Source: Promethearchaeota archaeon (GTDB taxonomy: Archaea; Asgardarchaeota; Lokiarchaeia; Sigyniarchaeales; SOKP01). From it: 64,000 nucleotides of DNA. The position numbers and the translations under genes were made by a program. Below, piece by piece: positions 40,089-49,868 of the stretch. The notes beneath the pieces are model-generated. The model had not been told where the DNA came from. It did not search any database and was given only the letters and a program-made list of their open reading frames with translations. The DNA lies in assembly GCA_019057795.1 (NCBI GenBank), contig JAHLWS010000062.1:1-64000 (forward strand), given 5' to 3'. Numbering within the stretch: position 1 is the stretch's first letter; every line of letters starts with the position of its first letter.

Positions 40089-40934
40089 ATGGAAACGGAT
40101 GATTTTCTTAAATGTTTATCTTGTGGCAAAAAGTTGGGTTTAAAATCAATAAATGGAGGGACCCAGTGCCCAGATTGTTTGTTAAAATTAGAATTTAAAA
40201 CGGAAGATTTGGATTACAGAGAAATTAACAAGTATCTTCAAGGTATTTTAAATTTCTTTGTTTCAGATGTGAATGCTGCGTTTAATAAAGATCCCGCTGC
40301 ACGCACCTTAATTGAAGTATTAACAAGTTATCCTGGGATTAAAGCCGTGTTACTATATCGCATAGCACATTTTTTTTGGAAATTAGGACTACCATACATA
40401 CCTAGATATATTTCCGGTATCGCACGAGATCTAACGGCCGTAGAAATTCATCCAGGAGCAGAAATTGGCAGCGACTTCTTTATAGACCACGGAGCAGGAG
40501 TAGTTATAGGGGAAACCGCTGAAGTTGGAAATAACGTAACAATTTACGCAGGTGTAGTTTTAGGTGGTACTAATTTGGAACAAAAAAAAAGACACCCCAC
40601 TTTAGGTGATAATGTTGTTGTTGGTACTGGCGCAAAAATTTTAGGACCTATTACTCTTGGAGATAATGTGAGAGTTGGCGCGAATTCTGTAGTTGTTAAC
40701 GATGTGCCTTCAAATTGCGTAGTCGTAGGGGTTCCTGCGAAAATTGTATCGAAAAAAGGAGAAAAAATCGAAAAAATTGATTTGCGCCACGGTGACCTTC
40801 CCGACCCAATTTCAATCGCTATCTCGAGTTTAAATAAAAGAATCAAAGAATTAGAGAAACATTTTCCTCATAGTTCGAAACCAACAAAAGACAATATCGA
40901 AATATTTTACGGAGAAAATGGTAGTGGAATATAA
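40089..40934 (+). CDS. cysE: Serine O-acetyltransferase with N-terminal CxxC..CxxC extension
   Basis: DPAAR, YPG, EIHPGA, FIDHGAGVVIGET, RHPTLG, VGVPA. Confidence 0.92.
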   Translation: METDDFLKCLSCGKKLGLKSINGGTQCPDCLLKLEFKTEDLDYREINKYLQGILNFFVSDVNAAFNKDPAARTLIEVLTSYPGIKAVLLYRIAHFFWKLGLPYIPRYISGIARDLTAVEIHPGAEIGSDFFIDHGAGVVIGETAEVGNNVTIYAGVVLGGTNLEQKKRHPTLGDNVVVGTGAKILGPITLGDNVRVGANSVVVNDVPSNCVVVGVPAKIVSKKGEKIEKIDLRHGDLPDPISIAISSLNKRIKELEKHFPHSSKPTKDNIEIFYGENGSGI

Positions 40935-40977
40935 AGTGGAAATTATTTTTAATGATTCATGATTGTGAAATAAAAAG

Positions 40978-41916
40978 GTGAATTTAATGGCAAATTATTA
41001 CAATAATATAGTTGAAGCAATTGGGAAAACGCCCTTAGTGAAACTAAACAGAATCACTGGAAGTGTTAAGCCAAATATATTTGTAAAATTGGAGTCTCTT
41101 AATCCTGGGGGTAGCGTTAAAGATAGAATTGGAATGAACATGATACAGAAAGCAGAAGAGGAAGGTCTTATTGATAAAGATACAACCATAGTAGAGCCTA
41201 CTTCTGGAAATACGGGCATTGGTTTAGCGCTCGTGTGTGCGTCAAAAGGATATAAAATAATCTTAGTAATGCCAGAAAGCGTAACTATCGAGAGAGTTCA
41301 AATCCTTAAGGCTTATGGTGCTGAAGTGGTTTTAACACCAAAAGAAGGTGGTATGAAAGGATCAATTTCAAAAGCGGAAGAAATAGCTAAAGAAAAAGGA
41401 AAAGTTTTCATCCCTCAGCAATTTAAAAACCTAGCAAACCCAGATATACACCGAAAAACTACGGCTATAGAGATATTTAACGATTTAGCGGGCCAAGTGG
41501 ATGGGTTTGTTGCGGGAATAGGAACTGGGGGAACAATAACAGGAGTCGGTGAGGTATTAAAAGATAGGGTTGGGGCGAGAATGAAGGTTTACGCAGTAGA
41601 ACCTAAAGATTCTGCGATCCTATCTGGTGGGAAACCAGGACCTCATAAAATTCAGGGTATAGGGGCGGGTTTTATCCCTAAAGTGCTAAATATCAAAATT
41701 TACGACAGAATTATAACGGTTGACTACAAAGATGCCAGCGAGACGGCTAGAAAATTAGCTAGAATGGAGGGCATATTCGTTGGAATTTCAGCAGGAGCTT
41801 GCGCATGGGCAGCAATTCACGACGCTTCAAAAGATTTCGTAGAAGGAGAAAACATCGTGGCACTCTTACCTGACGGAGGAGAGAAATATCTCTCAACAGA
41901 ATTGTATCGCTTTTAA
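40978..41916 (+). CDS. cysK: Cysteine synthase A (O-acetylserine sulfhydrylase)
   Basis: SVKDRI, TSGNTG, GTGGT, PHKIQGIG, YLST. Confidence 0.93.
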   Translation: MNLMANYYNNIVEAIGKTPLVKLNRITGSVKPNIFVKLESLNPGGSVKDRIGMNMIQKAEEEGLIDKDTTIVEPTSGNTGIGLALVCASKGYKIILVMPESVTIERVQILKAYGAEVVLTPKEGGMKGSISKAEEIAKEKGKVFIPQQFKNLANPDIHRKTTAIEIFNDLAGQVDGFVAGIGTGGTITGVGEVLKDRVGARMKVYAVEPKDSAILSGGKPGPHKIQGIGAGFIPKVLNIKIYDRIITVDYKDASETARKLARMEGIFVGISAGACAWAAIHDASKDFVEGENIVALLPDGGEKYLSTELYRF

Positions 41917-41963
41917 GCAAAACTACTAAATAAATGCATAAAATGAGTAAAAATATTTTTATA

Positions 41964-42860
41964 CTATTCTATTAGCGTTGTTTCTGTCAATAAAATATCG
42001 TAAATTCTATTCCAATATTCCTCGATGTTCCAATTCAGTTTGTTTTTAATCTTATCAGATAAATCAGTAAATACATCTTTAATCTTTAAAGTGTGAAAAT
42101 AGTTAATTAATGGAGCGATAATTGCAATCATATATTGTTTTTCTCCAAATCTTTCTTCTTTATCAGGATATGAATCAAAAAAAAGATATCCACGACTATT
42201 TAAGTTTTCAATATTTAACAAAACACCTTCAGCCTTCGTGATTTTGTCGTGACCATAAATAGAAGTTGCTACCGTAAACAATTGATTTGCGATGTCGTCT
42301 AAGGATATGGAAAAATCTTTCTCTTCAGGGTAATAACAATTTAATTCGGGACCAAACTTGTCGTCCCAAAATGTTAGTAATAAGCACATAAATTCTCCTT
42401 GGTCACTAGTAGCTGGCATTTTCATTTCGATATTCATAGTTGAAAAGACTTCGTCGATTCTGTTGTTTAAAGCCTTTACTCTGTTAATACGGGCAATTCT
42501 ACCAGATATTATAGCTAACAAATCTTTCTCGTCAAAAGGTTTTGTTAAATAATCGTCTACTCCTAGCAACTTTCCAAGCCTAATATCTTTAGGAGTAGTG
42601 CGGGCGGAAAGAAACACGAAAGGAATTCGATTCCATCGTGGTTCGCTGGATATCGCTCTAAAAAATTCATAACCATCCATTTCAGGCATCATTATATCGC
42701 TAATGATAATATCAGGAACCTGTCCAAGTTCCGAAAGAATTTTTAGAGCTACTTTTCCATTTCTTGCTGTAACTGTTTTATAATTATTCGATTCTAACAT
42801 TAAATTTAAATTATACAACAAATCAACATTATCCTCAACAACAAGAATTAGAGGTTTCAA
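41964..42860 (-). CDS. Response regulator receiver fused to a uDENN/longin-like domain
   Basis: VEDN, SDIMMP, DYLTKPF; C-terminal FWDDKFGPEL..YP. Confidence 0.8.
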   Translation of the reverse strand: MKPLILVVEDNVDLLYNLNLMLESNNYKTVTARNGKVALKILSELGQVPDIIISDIMMPEMDGYEFFRAISSEPRWNRIPFVFLSARTTPKDIRLGKLLGVDDYLTKPFDEKDLLAIISGRIARINRVKALNNRIDEVFSTMNIEMKMPATSDQGEFMCLLLTFWDDKFGPELNCYYPEEKDFSISLDDIANQLFTVATSIYGHDKITKAEGVLLNIENLNSRGYLFFDSYPDKEERFGEKQYMIAIIAPLINYFHTLKIKDVFTDLSDKIKNKLNWNIEEYWNRIYDILLTETTLIE

Positions 42861-42924
42861 ATCGAATCTGACTGAATTTGTGTTTTTTTAATTACCTATT
42901 AGAATAGAATAAGGAGAATTTAGC

Positions 42925-45144
42925 TTATATTCTTTTTTCAATTATCGGCAGAAAAATAGAAAAAGTTGATCCTTTACCATAATCGCTTTGAGCCCATACT
43001 TCGCCACCATGAAGATCTAATAGCTCTTTCGCTATAGATAATCCTAAACCCGTACCTGGAATGTCGCTTACTTGTTCAGATCTAAAAAATCTTTCAAAAA
43101 TAGATGGCAAATCTTCTTCCGAAATTCCTACTCCATAATCTTTAATCTGAAATAAAACACCGTCTTTTTCATCTATGTTGTATTTCCCTTTGTAATGATT
43201 AATAGCTCTAATCTCTATTTTATTACTCTCCCTTGAATATTTTATGGCGTTATCGATAAAAATACGAAATATTTGGTCAATTTTTGTTGGATCCCCATAT
43301 AATTTAATGTTTTTATCTACATCTACGCTAAAAGTAATATTTTTCGCATTTCCAATAGGCTCCATTAAAGTTAATATATCATCAATAATAGTAAGTAGAT
43401 TATATTCTTCCCACTTTAACTTTATTTTACGCTCGTCTATTCTTGATAGCGTCAAAATATCGTCAACTAATTCTTTTAGAAGATAAATATTTCTTTTAAT
43501 TCCTTCTTCCAATTTTTTAATTACATCTGGAGTAACAGAATCAGAATGATTATTTAAAAAATCAAGCGACATAATTAAAACCGAAATTGGTGTTCGTAAT
43601 TCATGCGATACCGTTGAAACAAAGCGTTCCAAGCTTTCCTCAGCTTCTTTCCGAGCCGTTGTATTCATACCATATATATTTGCATATCCCCTATCTTTCA
43701 TTGGTACAATGAAAAGAGTATAAATTTGACCTTTAACGTTCAACTCTATTTCTAAATTTAGGTTCTCAGAAAAGGACTTATTGACGTGTTCCTCTAAAAC
43801 CTTTGGGATCATACTTCCTTCTCCAATTAAGAATAATTCTTGACTCACTTTATTTGCTAAAAGAATATATTTGTTACTAACTCTTAACACGGGGTTAGGA
43901 TTTTCTAATGGAAACCTTGCCATATCCTCAACTTTTTCTTGCGCGATCTTACGCTCAGTAATATTAGTATAATTTTGTATAATTCCAATGAATTCGCCAT
44001 TTGTGTTTCTATGAGGAACTGTCCTTACAAGACTAACAATCTTAGTACCGTCATCGAATTTTGTAACTAATTCGTATTCATAATGGTCTTTTCCTTCTCG
44101 TATTTGATTCCTTGAACATGATTCGGTATGACATCGATGTTCGTACCCTAATTGAAGGTCGTAACATTTTTTACCTATAAGGTCTTCTTTGGATAAGCGG
44201 AAAAGAGAAGTGTATGTCTCGTTAACGCGCAGAATTTCGCAGTTATTACTGATTACCCTTAATGGTAGAGCTGCTTTAAATATTTGGTTAAATTCAGAGT
44301 ATGCTTGTTCTAATTGGTTCGCTTTTTCAATCGAAGATTCCTCACTCAACTTCAACTTTCTAAATAATAAATCAAAGGGGGTTTCTATGCCCAATTCAAT
44401 TACTGCCTTGTAGACAAAGAAAAAGGCAATTACTTTAAAAATATGACCAATAAAATTTGAGAAGCCAAATACACTAATATAGAAAGTAAACGCCAATTCT
44501 GAAATCATTGTCGCAATAATGGATATTACAATTAAAAAGAATATTTTCTCAGCAAACTCGTCTTTATGCTTGTATAACACAATTAGTGTAACGAAAAGAA
44601 TTATATCAATTATGTATTCACTAATTATTTTAAAAGGAGTTAACCCCGAACCTTCGATATAACATACAGGGAAGAAACCTTGAAATATAGTGGTTAATAA
44701 AATAATAATTATAAAGATATAGCCTACGAATAAATAATTAGCTTTAATCTTTTTTCTAATGACCATAGTAGCAAATAAATAGGAGAAAGCTTGCCAATAT
44801 CGGGCTACAATCCACAATTGCGTCGGAAGATTAGCGTCAAATTCAAGGAATACGCCCATTCCTGAGTAAGCTAAGGTGTGAATTAAATCTATTACACTTA
44901 TGAAGAGAAAAGAAACACCTAATACCAAAAAGAAGGAGCTATTCATATATTTTCTTGAGTGCCAGCCAATAAGAAAAACACCTCCTGCAATAACAATACT
45001 GAATACTTCTATAATCGAATGAAAAAGTAAGAAACTGTAGAGGCTTGCTAAATAAGTAAGAAATAACCCTACAATTAATATCATATATTCGATTGAATCA
45101 CGCCGAAGTATCGATACTTCTGAATCTTTCTCTTTGCTAAGCAA
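42925..45144 (-). CDS. Membrane (MASE3-like) PAS sensor histidine kinase
   Basis: TM region with HTLAY/SELAFT; PAS; SHELRTP, NAIKYS, GTGLGL. Confidence 0.88.
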   Translation of the reverse strand: MLSKEKDSEVSILRRDSIEYMILIVGLFLTYLASLYSFLLFHSIIEVFSIVIAGGVFLIGWHSRKYMNSSFFLVLGVSFLFISVIDLIHTLAYSGMGVFLEFDANLPTQLWIVARYWQAFSYLFATMVIRKKIKANYLFVGYIFIIIILLTTIFQGFFPVCYIEGSGLTPFKIISEYIIDIILFVTLIVLYKHKDEFAEKIFFLIVISIIATMISELAFTFYISVFGFSNFIGHIFKVIAFFFVYKAVIELGIETPFDLLFRKLKLSEESSIEKANQLEQAYSEFNQIFKAALPLRVISNNCEILRVNETYTSLFRLSKEDLIGKKCYDLQLGYEHRCHTESCSRNQIREGKDHYEYELVTKFDDGTKIVSLVRTVPHRNTNGEFIGIIQNYTNITERKIAQEKVEDMARFPLENPNPVLRVSNKYILLANKVSQELFLIGEGSMIPKVLEEHVNKSFSENLNLEIELNVKGQIYTLFIVPMKDRGYANIYGMNTTARKEAEESLERFVSTVSHELRTPISVLIMSLDFLNNHSDSVTPDVIKKLEEGIKRNIYLLKELVDDILTLSRIDERKIKLKWEEYNLLTIIDDILTLMEPIGNAKNITFSVDVDKNIKLYGDPTKIDQIFRIFIDNAIKYSRESNKIEIRAINHYKGKYNIDEKDGVLFQIKDYGVGISEEDLPSIFERFFRSEQVSDIPGTGLGLSIAKELLDLHGGEVWAQSDYGKGSTFSIFLPIIEKRI

Positions 45145-45170
45145 AATATATCCCTTCCTTTTCTTATTTT

Positions 45171-45722
45171 TTATATTCCAAATTTTTGAAAAACAGTATA
45201 AATCGATGTTTTGTAAATTTGGTAAGTAAAATCGTTTGGAATTAACTCTTTTATATTTCTGATTAAATCAGGAACCACTTTGTCGCTAAATTCTTTATTT
45301 GTGAATTCCAAATCTGGATCGTATTTATGTAAAAATATAGAGAAATCAATATTTACTTTATGTTTCCTTAATAGGATAACGATTTTATCTAAGTAGTCTA
45401 ACGAAATATCAAACCGCTCCTGATCTTGGATGTCCAAAACATAAATAAACTTATTGGTTTTTTTTATGTGGTTTTGAAAGTCGTTTAAATAACCCTCTCG
45501 AAATTGTTCTTGCCCACCGAAATCCCAGATGCTATATTCTGACCCTAACGCTTGGAATTTATTGATCTTAAACCCTCTCGTAGGATTTAGCGAGGAAAAC
45601 GACGAAAGATTCTTCACACCCTTCAAACATAACACGATAGATGTTTTACCGGAATTATCTAACCCCATGATTAATACTTTTTTTGCGTTAATTGTTGTGT
45701 TTTCTCTCATCGCTGTATTCAT
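45171..45722 (-). CDS. Small GTPase (Rag/Arf-like)
   Basis: GLDNSGKTS (G1), PT (G2), WDFGGQ (G3), HKYD (G4), TSI (G5). Confidence 0.88.
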   Translation of the reverse strand: MNTAMRENTTINAKKVLIMGLDNSGKTSIVLCLKGVKNLSSFSSLNPTRGFKINKFQALGSEYSIWDFGGQEQFREGYLNDFQNHIKKTNKFIYVLDIQDQERFDISLDYLDKIVILLRKHKVNIDFSIFLHKYDPDLEFTNKEFSDKVVPDLIRNIKELIPNDFTYQIYKTSIYTVFQKFGI

Positions 45723-45749
45723 TTTAATAAGGGATTAAAAATAGATTAA

Positions 45750-46085
45750 TCATGATAACGTATCTATAACATCTAAATCTCTCAAGTCTTTGAGTTTTTC
45801 TTGATTGATTTTCACAACAAAAGATTTAATTTCTTCTATGAGCTTAAAGATATTTGGATTCTTAATTTTATAGGATTTAACATTATTAATTTTATCAAAA
45901 TTAATGAGATTTTTGTTACTTAGAGCCTTTAAGTGTTGAGAAATCGTAGATTGAGACTTATCTAAGGTTGTTTGAATTTCAGAAGAAGTCTTTTTCTCAT
46001 CTCGTAATAAAACTAGTATATCCAATCGAGTCTGATCTGCTAAAACTCTTAAAAACTCAATAAAATCTATTTTATTTTCACTCAT
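45750..46085 (-). CDS. ArsR-family transcriptional regulator
   Basis: LADQTRLDIL, SQSTISQHL. Confidence 0.85.
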   Translation of the reverse strand: MSENKIDFIEFLRVLADQTRLDILVLLRDEKKTSSEIQTTLDKSQSTISQHLKALSNKNLINFDKINNVKSYKIKNPNIFKLIEEIKSFVVKINQEKLKDLRDLDVIDTLS

Positions 46086-46250
46086 TTAATAATATCCTAT
46101 TGTATTTTAGGTATATTGATTTTAATCGCTTTTAAAGATATTTTTAATGATTTATTAATATTAATTAAGATTTTATTAATAAACCATCGTAACATTTATA
46201 TATCGGCATATCGTTATTAATGAATATAAGTAAAAAATAAAAAATTTAAG

Positions 46251-46778
46251 ATGGAGATAATGGAAAGTCAAGTCTTTAAAATCGACGAGATAGATCGGAA
46301 CATAATTGAATTAATTCAAAAGGAACCTACGCTTACTCATACAGAAATCGCAAAAAGAGTTGATCGGAGCCAACCCACAATCGGAATGAGGATTCGGAAA
46401 CTCGAAAAAGCGGGAGTCTTAAAATTTCAAGCGGGTATAAATGTAAAAACTATGGATTTAATCCTTGCACGAGTCGAAATTCAAACTTTAGAACCAAACG
46501 AAACCATAGAATTAGTTAAAAAATGTCCATACATGCTAAACGCATTTCGATTGAGTGGCACTTTTAATCTTAGTGTTCTTGTAATAGGTTCTAAACTAGC
46601 TCATATTGATGAGATGGTTAATAGCCATTTTAGAAAGAATCCTAACATCTCTTCGGTTTATATGGATATAATTACCGATGTTACAAATGATTTTGTATTA
46701 CCATTTGATTTTAATTTCGAAAGTTGTAGTTTAAACTCAAATTCAAATGGTCAATGTTGTGGAAAATGTTTTAAATAG
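46251..46778 (+). CDS. Lrp/AsnC-family regulator with Cys-rich tail
   Basis: DEIDRNII, HTH RIRKLE, C-terminal C..CCGKC. Confidence 0.85.
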   Translation: MEIMESQVFKIDEIDRNIIELIQKEPTLTHTEIAKRVDRSQPTIGMRIRKLEKAGVLKFQAGINVKTMDLILARVEIQTLEPNETIELVKKCPYMLNAFRLSGTFNLSVLVIGSKLAHIDEMVNSHFRKNPNISSVYMDIITDVTNDFVLPFDFNFESCSLNSNSNGQCCGKCFK

Positions 46779-47021
46779 CCAATTTGATCTAAATTTTTTT
46801 ATATAATTTCTAATTTTAATGATTATAATTAAAGAGTTAGAACAAACATTTTTATTACATTAACAACAAATTTTTAGCATAATTTACCTTTTAAAAATAA
46901 TATATATTGATTTTCTAAAAAAAATAAATTAAAAAAAATAAAAAAAATAGAAAAGTAAGGAATCTTATCTGCCAGAACTTAATCCCAGAAGAGCAGATTC
47001 ATCAGAATTGAAGCCAAACTC

Positions 47022-47131
47022 GCCAGCGTATCCGAGATAAATAAAGGATTTATCCTATTACGGAAATAGTAAGGAGGCGGCCTGCAGAGCCGTTGCTTTC
47101 AGCATCATGGGTGCAAATCCCATCGCTGGCT
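47022..47131 (+). tRNA. tRNA-Cys(GCA), with predicted intron 47037-47066 and long variable arm
   Basis: Acceptor GCCAGCG/CGCTGGC, U73, anticodon arm GCGGC-CTGCAGA-GCCGT, T-arm ATGGG/CCCAT; adjacent to cysS. Confidence 0.88.
47037..47066 (+). other. tRNA intron at non-canonical position 15/16 (relaxed BHB)
   Basis: Central helix UCCG/CGGA, bulges AG^A and AA^U, intron stems UAA/UUA and AUAAA/UUUAU; removal gives D-loop GAGUAGUAA. Confidence 0.75.
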
Positions 47132-47184
47132 CTTATACCCATCTTATCACTAATAATGCGCTCTTTTAAAGTGTATAAATTATC

Positions 47185-48627
47185 ATGAAAGTTTATAATA
47201 GCTTAACATATAAAAAGGAAGAATTTAAGCCAATCGAACCCGGAAAAGTCAAAATGTATGTTTGTGGTGTTACAGTGTATGGTTCGCCTCACCTTGGTCA
47301 CGCAAAGTCCGCAGTTGCTTTTGATTTAATTCACAGATATTTAAAGTTTAAGGGCTATAAAGTTAATATCGTTAAAAATTATACTGATATTGACGATAAA
47401 ATAATTAAGAGTTCTAAAGAAAGAAACATCGATTTCAGAACTTTAAGCGATCAACATATTGCTGAATATGAGGAAATCATGGAAATGCTCAATGTTGAGA
47501 AAGATACACGAAATCCACGAGCAACCGAAGTAATAGATTTTATAATTAATTTTATTAAAGAATTGATTTCTAAGGGACACGCTTACGAAAAAAATGGATC
47601 CGTGTACTTTTCAGTTAAATCATTTCCGGGATATAGTTCCGTTCTTCAAAAGAGTAAAGGTGAAGGAAAGGAGAGCGAAGAAGAAGATTACATAGTAGAT
47701 CAAGATACAGCATTTGGAGAAGATAAGTTAGATAGTCGAGATTTTGCGTTGTGGAAAAGAATGAAAGAAGGAGAGCCTTTTTGGGAAAGCCCCTGGGGTG
47801 AAGGGCGTCCTGGATGGCACATTGAATGTTCTGCTATGATCTTGAACTTTTTAGGCGAAACAATTGACATACACGGGGGCGGTCAAGACTTGAAATTTCC
47901 ACACCATAGGAACGAAATCGCGCAATCAGAATCTTACACTGGTAAAAAAATTGCAAATTATTTCCTTCATAACGGTTATGTTAATGTAAAAGATGAAAAG
48001 ATGTCTAAAAGTCTCGGAAACTTTTTCACAGTAGCAGATATTGCCAAACAGTATGACCCAATGATTATTCGTTGGTATTTGATATCGAGTCATTATCGAA
48101 GTTCAAATAATTATACTATTGATAGCATGGAGCAAGCTAAAAATACTTACAACAGACTAATAAACACGATTAAAAAAGTAAACGATGCTGAATTTGCTGA
48201 AGCGAAATCAAAGCAACTTAACGATTTAATTGCAAAAATTGAAAATGCGGAAAATAAAATTATTGACGCTATGGAAGATGATTTTGACACTCCTGTAGCT
48301 TTGGCAGAGTTATTGACGCTATTTAGAGAAATTAACAAAGCTATACTACAAGATGGCTTGAAAATAAACCAAGAATTTAAGGATCGATTTTTCAAATTTA
48401 TAGAATTCAATGAAAAGATTTTCGGAATTTTTCCATCCTTAATCGCTAAAATGACACCGTTTTCGTTTGAAAGCATGGATGAGAAAGATAAACTCATCAA
48501 AAGTCTCGTTAATTTAATAATCGAAATGCGCGCTAAATTAAGAGATAAAAAAATCTACGATCTAAGCGATATAATACGCGAACGGTTAAGAGAATTAGGT
48601 ATCGATATCGAAGATAAAAAGACATAA
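47185..48627 (+). CDS. cysS: Cysteinyl-tRNA synthetase
   Basis: YVCG, HLGH, GRPGWHIECS, HGGGQDLKFPHH, KMSKS. Confidence 0.95.
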   Translation: MKVYNSLTYKKEEFKPIEPGKVKMYVCGVTVYGSPHLGHAKSAVAFDLIHRYLKFKGYKVNIVKNYTDIDDKIIKSSKERNIDFRTLSDQHIAEYEEIMEMLNVEKDTRNPRATEVIDFIINFIKELISKGHAYEKNGSVYFSVKSFPGYSSVLQKSKGEGKESEEEDYIVDQDTAFGEDKLDSRDFALWKRMKEGEPFWESPWGEGRPGWHIECSAMILNFLGETIDIHGGGQDLKFPHHRNEIAQSESYTGKKIANYFLHNGYVNVKDEKMSKSLGNFFTVADIAKQYDPMIIRWYLISSHYRSSNNYTIDSMEQAKNTYNRLINTIKKVNDAEFAEAKSKQLNDLIAKIENAENKIIDAMEDDFDTPVALAELLTLFREINKAILQDGLKINQEFKDRFFKFIEFNEKIFGIFPSLIAKMTPFSFESMDEKDKLIKSLVNLIIEMRAKLRDKKIYDLSDIIRERLRELGIDIEDKKT

Positions 48628-48650
48628 TTATAAATTATTTTTTTAAAAAT

Positions 48651-49445
48651 ATGAAGCGATTTAAAATTTTATTTTTTACACCTCATATCGACGACATCGA
48701 ATTTGGCGTGCCGTTTACATTTCTAGAATCGTTAAGGTTAGGAAATGAAGTTGTAGAAGTGCTGATGACTAATTGTGAATTTGGAACGCATCGCATTGAA
48801 TTCAAGGGGGCTCGTTTAAAAAGAATTCGAACTAGAGAATTAGAAAACGCAAACAATGTGTACGCTAAATATACTAAAAACCATGTTCGAGTTTTAAAAG
48901 TAGGTTATATCGATGGGTACCTTCCAATGAATAAATTGGCATTGAATAAAGTTGTAGACATAATTCGTACTGAAAAACCTGATCTTATTTTCGCACCAGA
49001 CCCTTGGTATGCTCTTGATTATCATCCAGATCACATAAACACTGGTAGATTGCCTTACTTTGCTCTTAAGAAGATAAACAAAAACGAGCTACCTACTCGT
49101 GTTTTTTATTACTACTCTTTTAAACCAAATTTCAAATTAAAATGCAGATGGAAAGACATCCAAATCATCGTTGAAGCATTGTCTCAACATAGAAGCCAAG
49201 TAACTCCATTAAGCGCTAAATTAATAGGAGTTTTTAGAAAACTCCTTTTCTTAAGGAGATTTTTTAGTACAGGCCACTTCACAGAAAATTTTCGGGAGCA
49301 AATATTTAACGACGGATACCCCGAATTTCCAAAGAAACATAATTTTTTGGATAATATAAAATATCTATTTTTTACAAGAATGACTGTACCTGGATATGAA
49401 AAATTTCATAACATAACACCAGAAGAATTAGGGTTAAGGAATTAA
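48651..49445 (+). CDS. PIG-L/LmbE family deacetylase
   Basis: PHIDD, RTRE, HPDH, HRSQ. Confidence 0.82.
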   Translation: MKRFKILFFTPHIDDIEFGVPFTFLESLRLGNEVVEVLMTNCEFGTHRIEFKGARLKRIRTRELENANNVYAKYTKNHVRVLKVGYIDGYLPMNKLALNKVVDIIRTEKPDLIFAPDPWYALDYHPDHINTGRLPYFALKKINKNELPTRVFYYYSFKPNFKLKCRWKDIQIIVEALSQHRSQVTPLSAKLIGVFRKLLFLRRFFSTGHFTENFREQIFNDGYPEFPKKHNFLDNIKYLFFTRMTVPGYEKFHNITPEELGLRN

Positions 49446-49463
49446 ATATACATAATTTTGGCT

Positions 49464-49868
49464 TTAAATACGGGGTGGACTACTTACTATTTTTTCGCCC
49501 TCTTCTAGTTGTTTATAATGCTTGTATAGGATTGGTGCGAGCTTAACGTCTTTTGTAGTAGACACACTTAAAACTCTATCTTCCCCGGCATGTAAAATCA
49601 ATAGGTATCCCTTACTACCTTTTATGTACGATTGTTCAAATTCGCCAAGACCCATTTCTCCAATAGCACGTTCACTCAATGAACAAAGTGCCGCAGTCAT
49701 GGCTGCTAATCGCATATCATCTGTGCTTGCGGGTAGTATAGAGGCGAGTGGTTGACCGGTATCCGCCGTAAGCTGCGCTGCTTTCACACCTTCGATATTA
49801 TCCATAATATCTTTTAACAAGTTTTCAAGCGAAGTTTTAAACTCCCGCCTTTTCTTTAACCCTTTCAT
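49464..49868 (-). CDS. Roadblock/LC7 domain protein
   Basis: DTGQPLAS, RLAAMTAALCSLSER, IKGSKGY. Confidence 0.85.
   Translation of the reverse strand: MKGLKKRREFKTSLENLLKDIMDNIEGVKAAQLTADTGQPLASILPASTDDMRLAAMTAALCSLSERAIGEMGLGEFEQSYIKGSKGYLLILHAGEDRVLSVSTTKDVKLAPILYKHYKQLEEGEKIVSSPPRI

Noticed and set aside
46960-47000. Hairpin upstream of tRNA-Cys (atctgc/gcagat) as a T-box or BHB
   Set aside because: Short stem, with no convincing bulge geometry or T-box motifs.
47094-47106. Second intron in the tRNA variable loop
   Set aside because: Only 8-9 extra nt and no BHB geometry; it folds as a simple variable arm.
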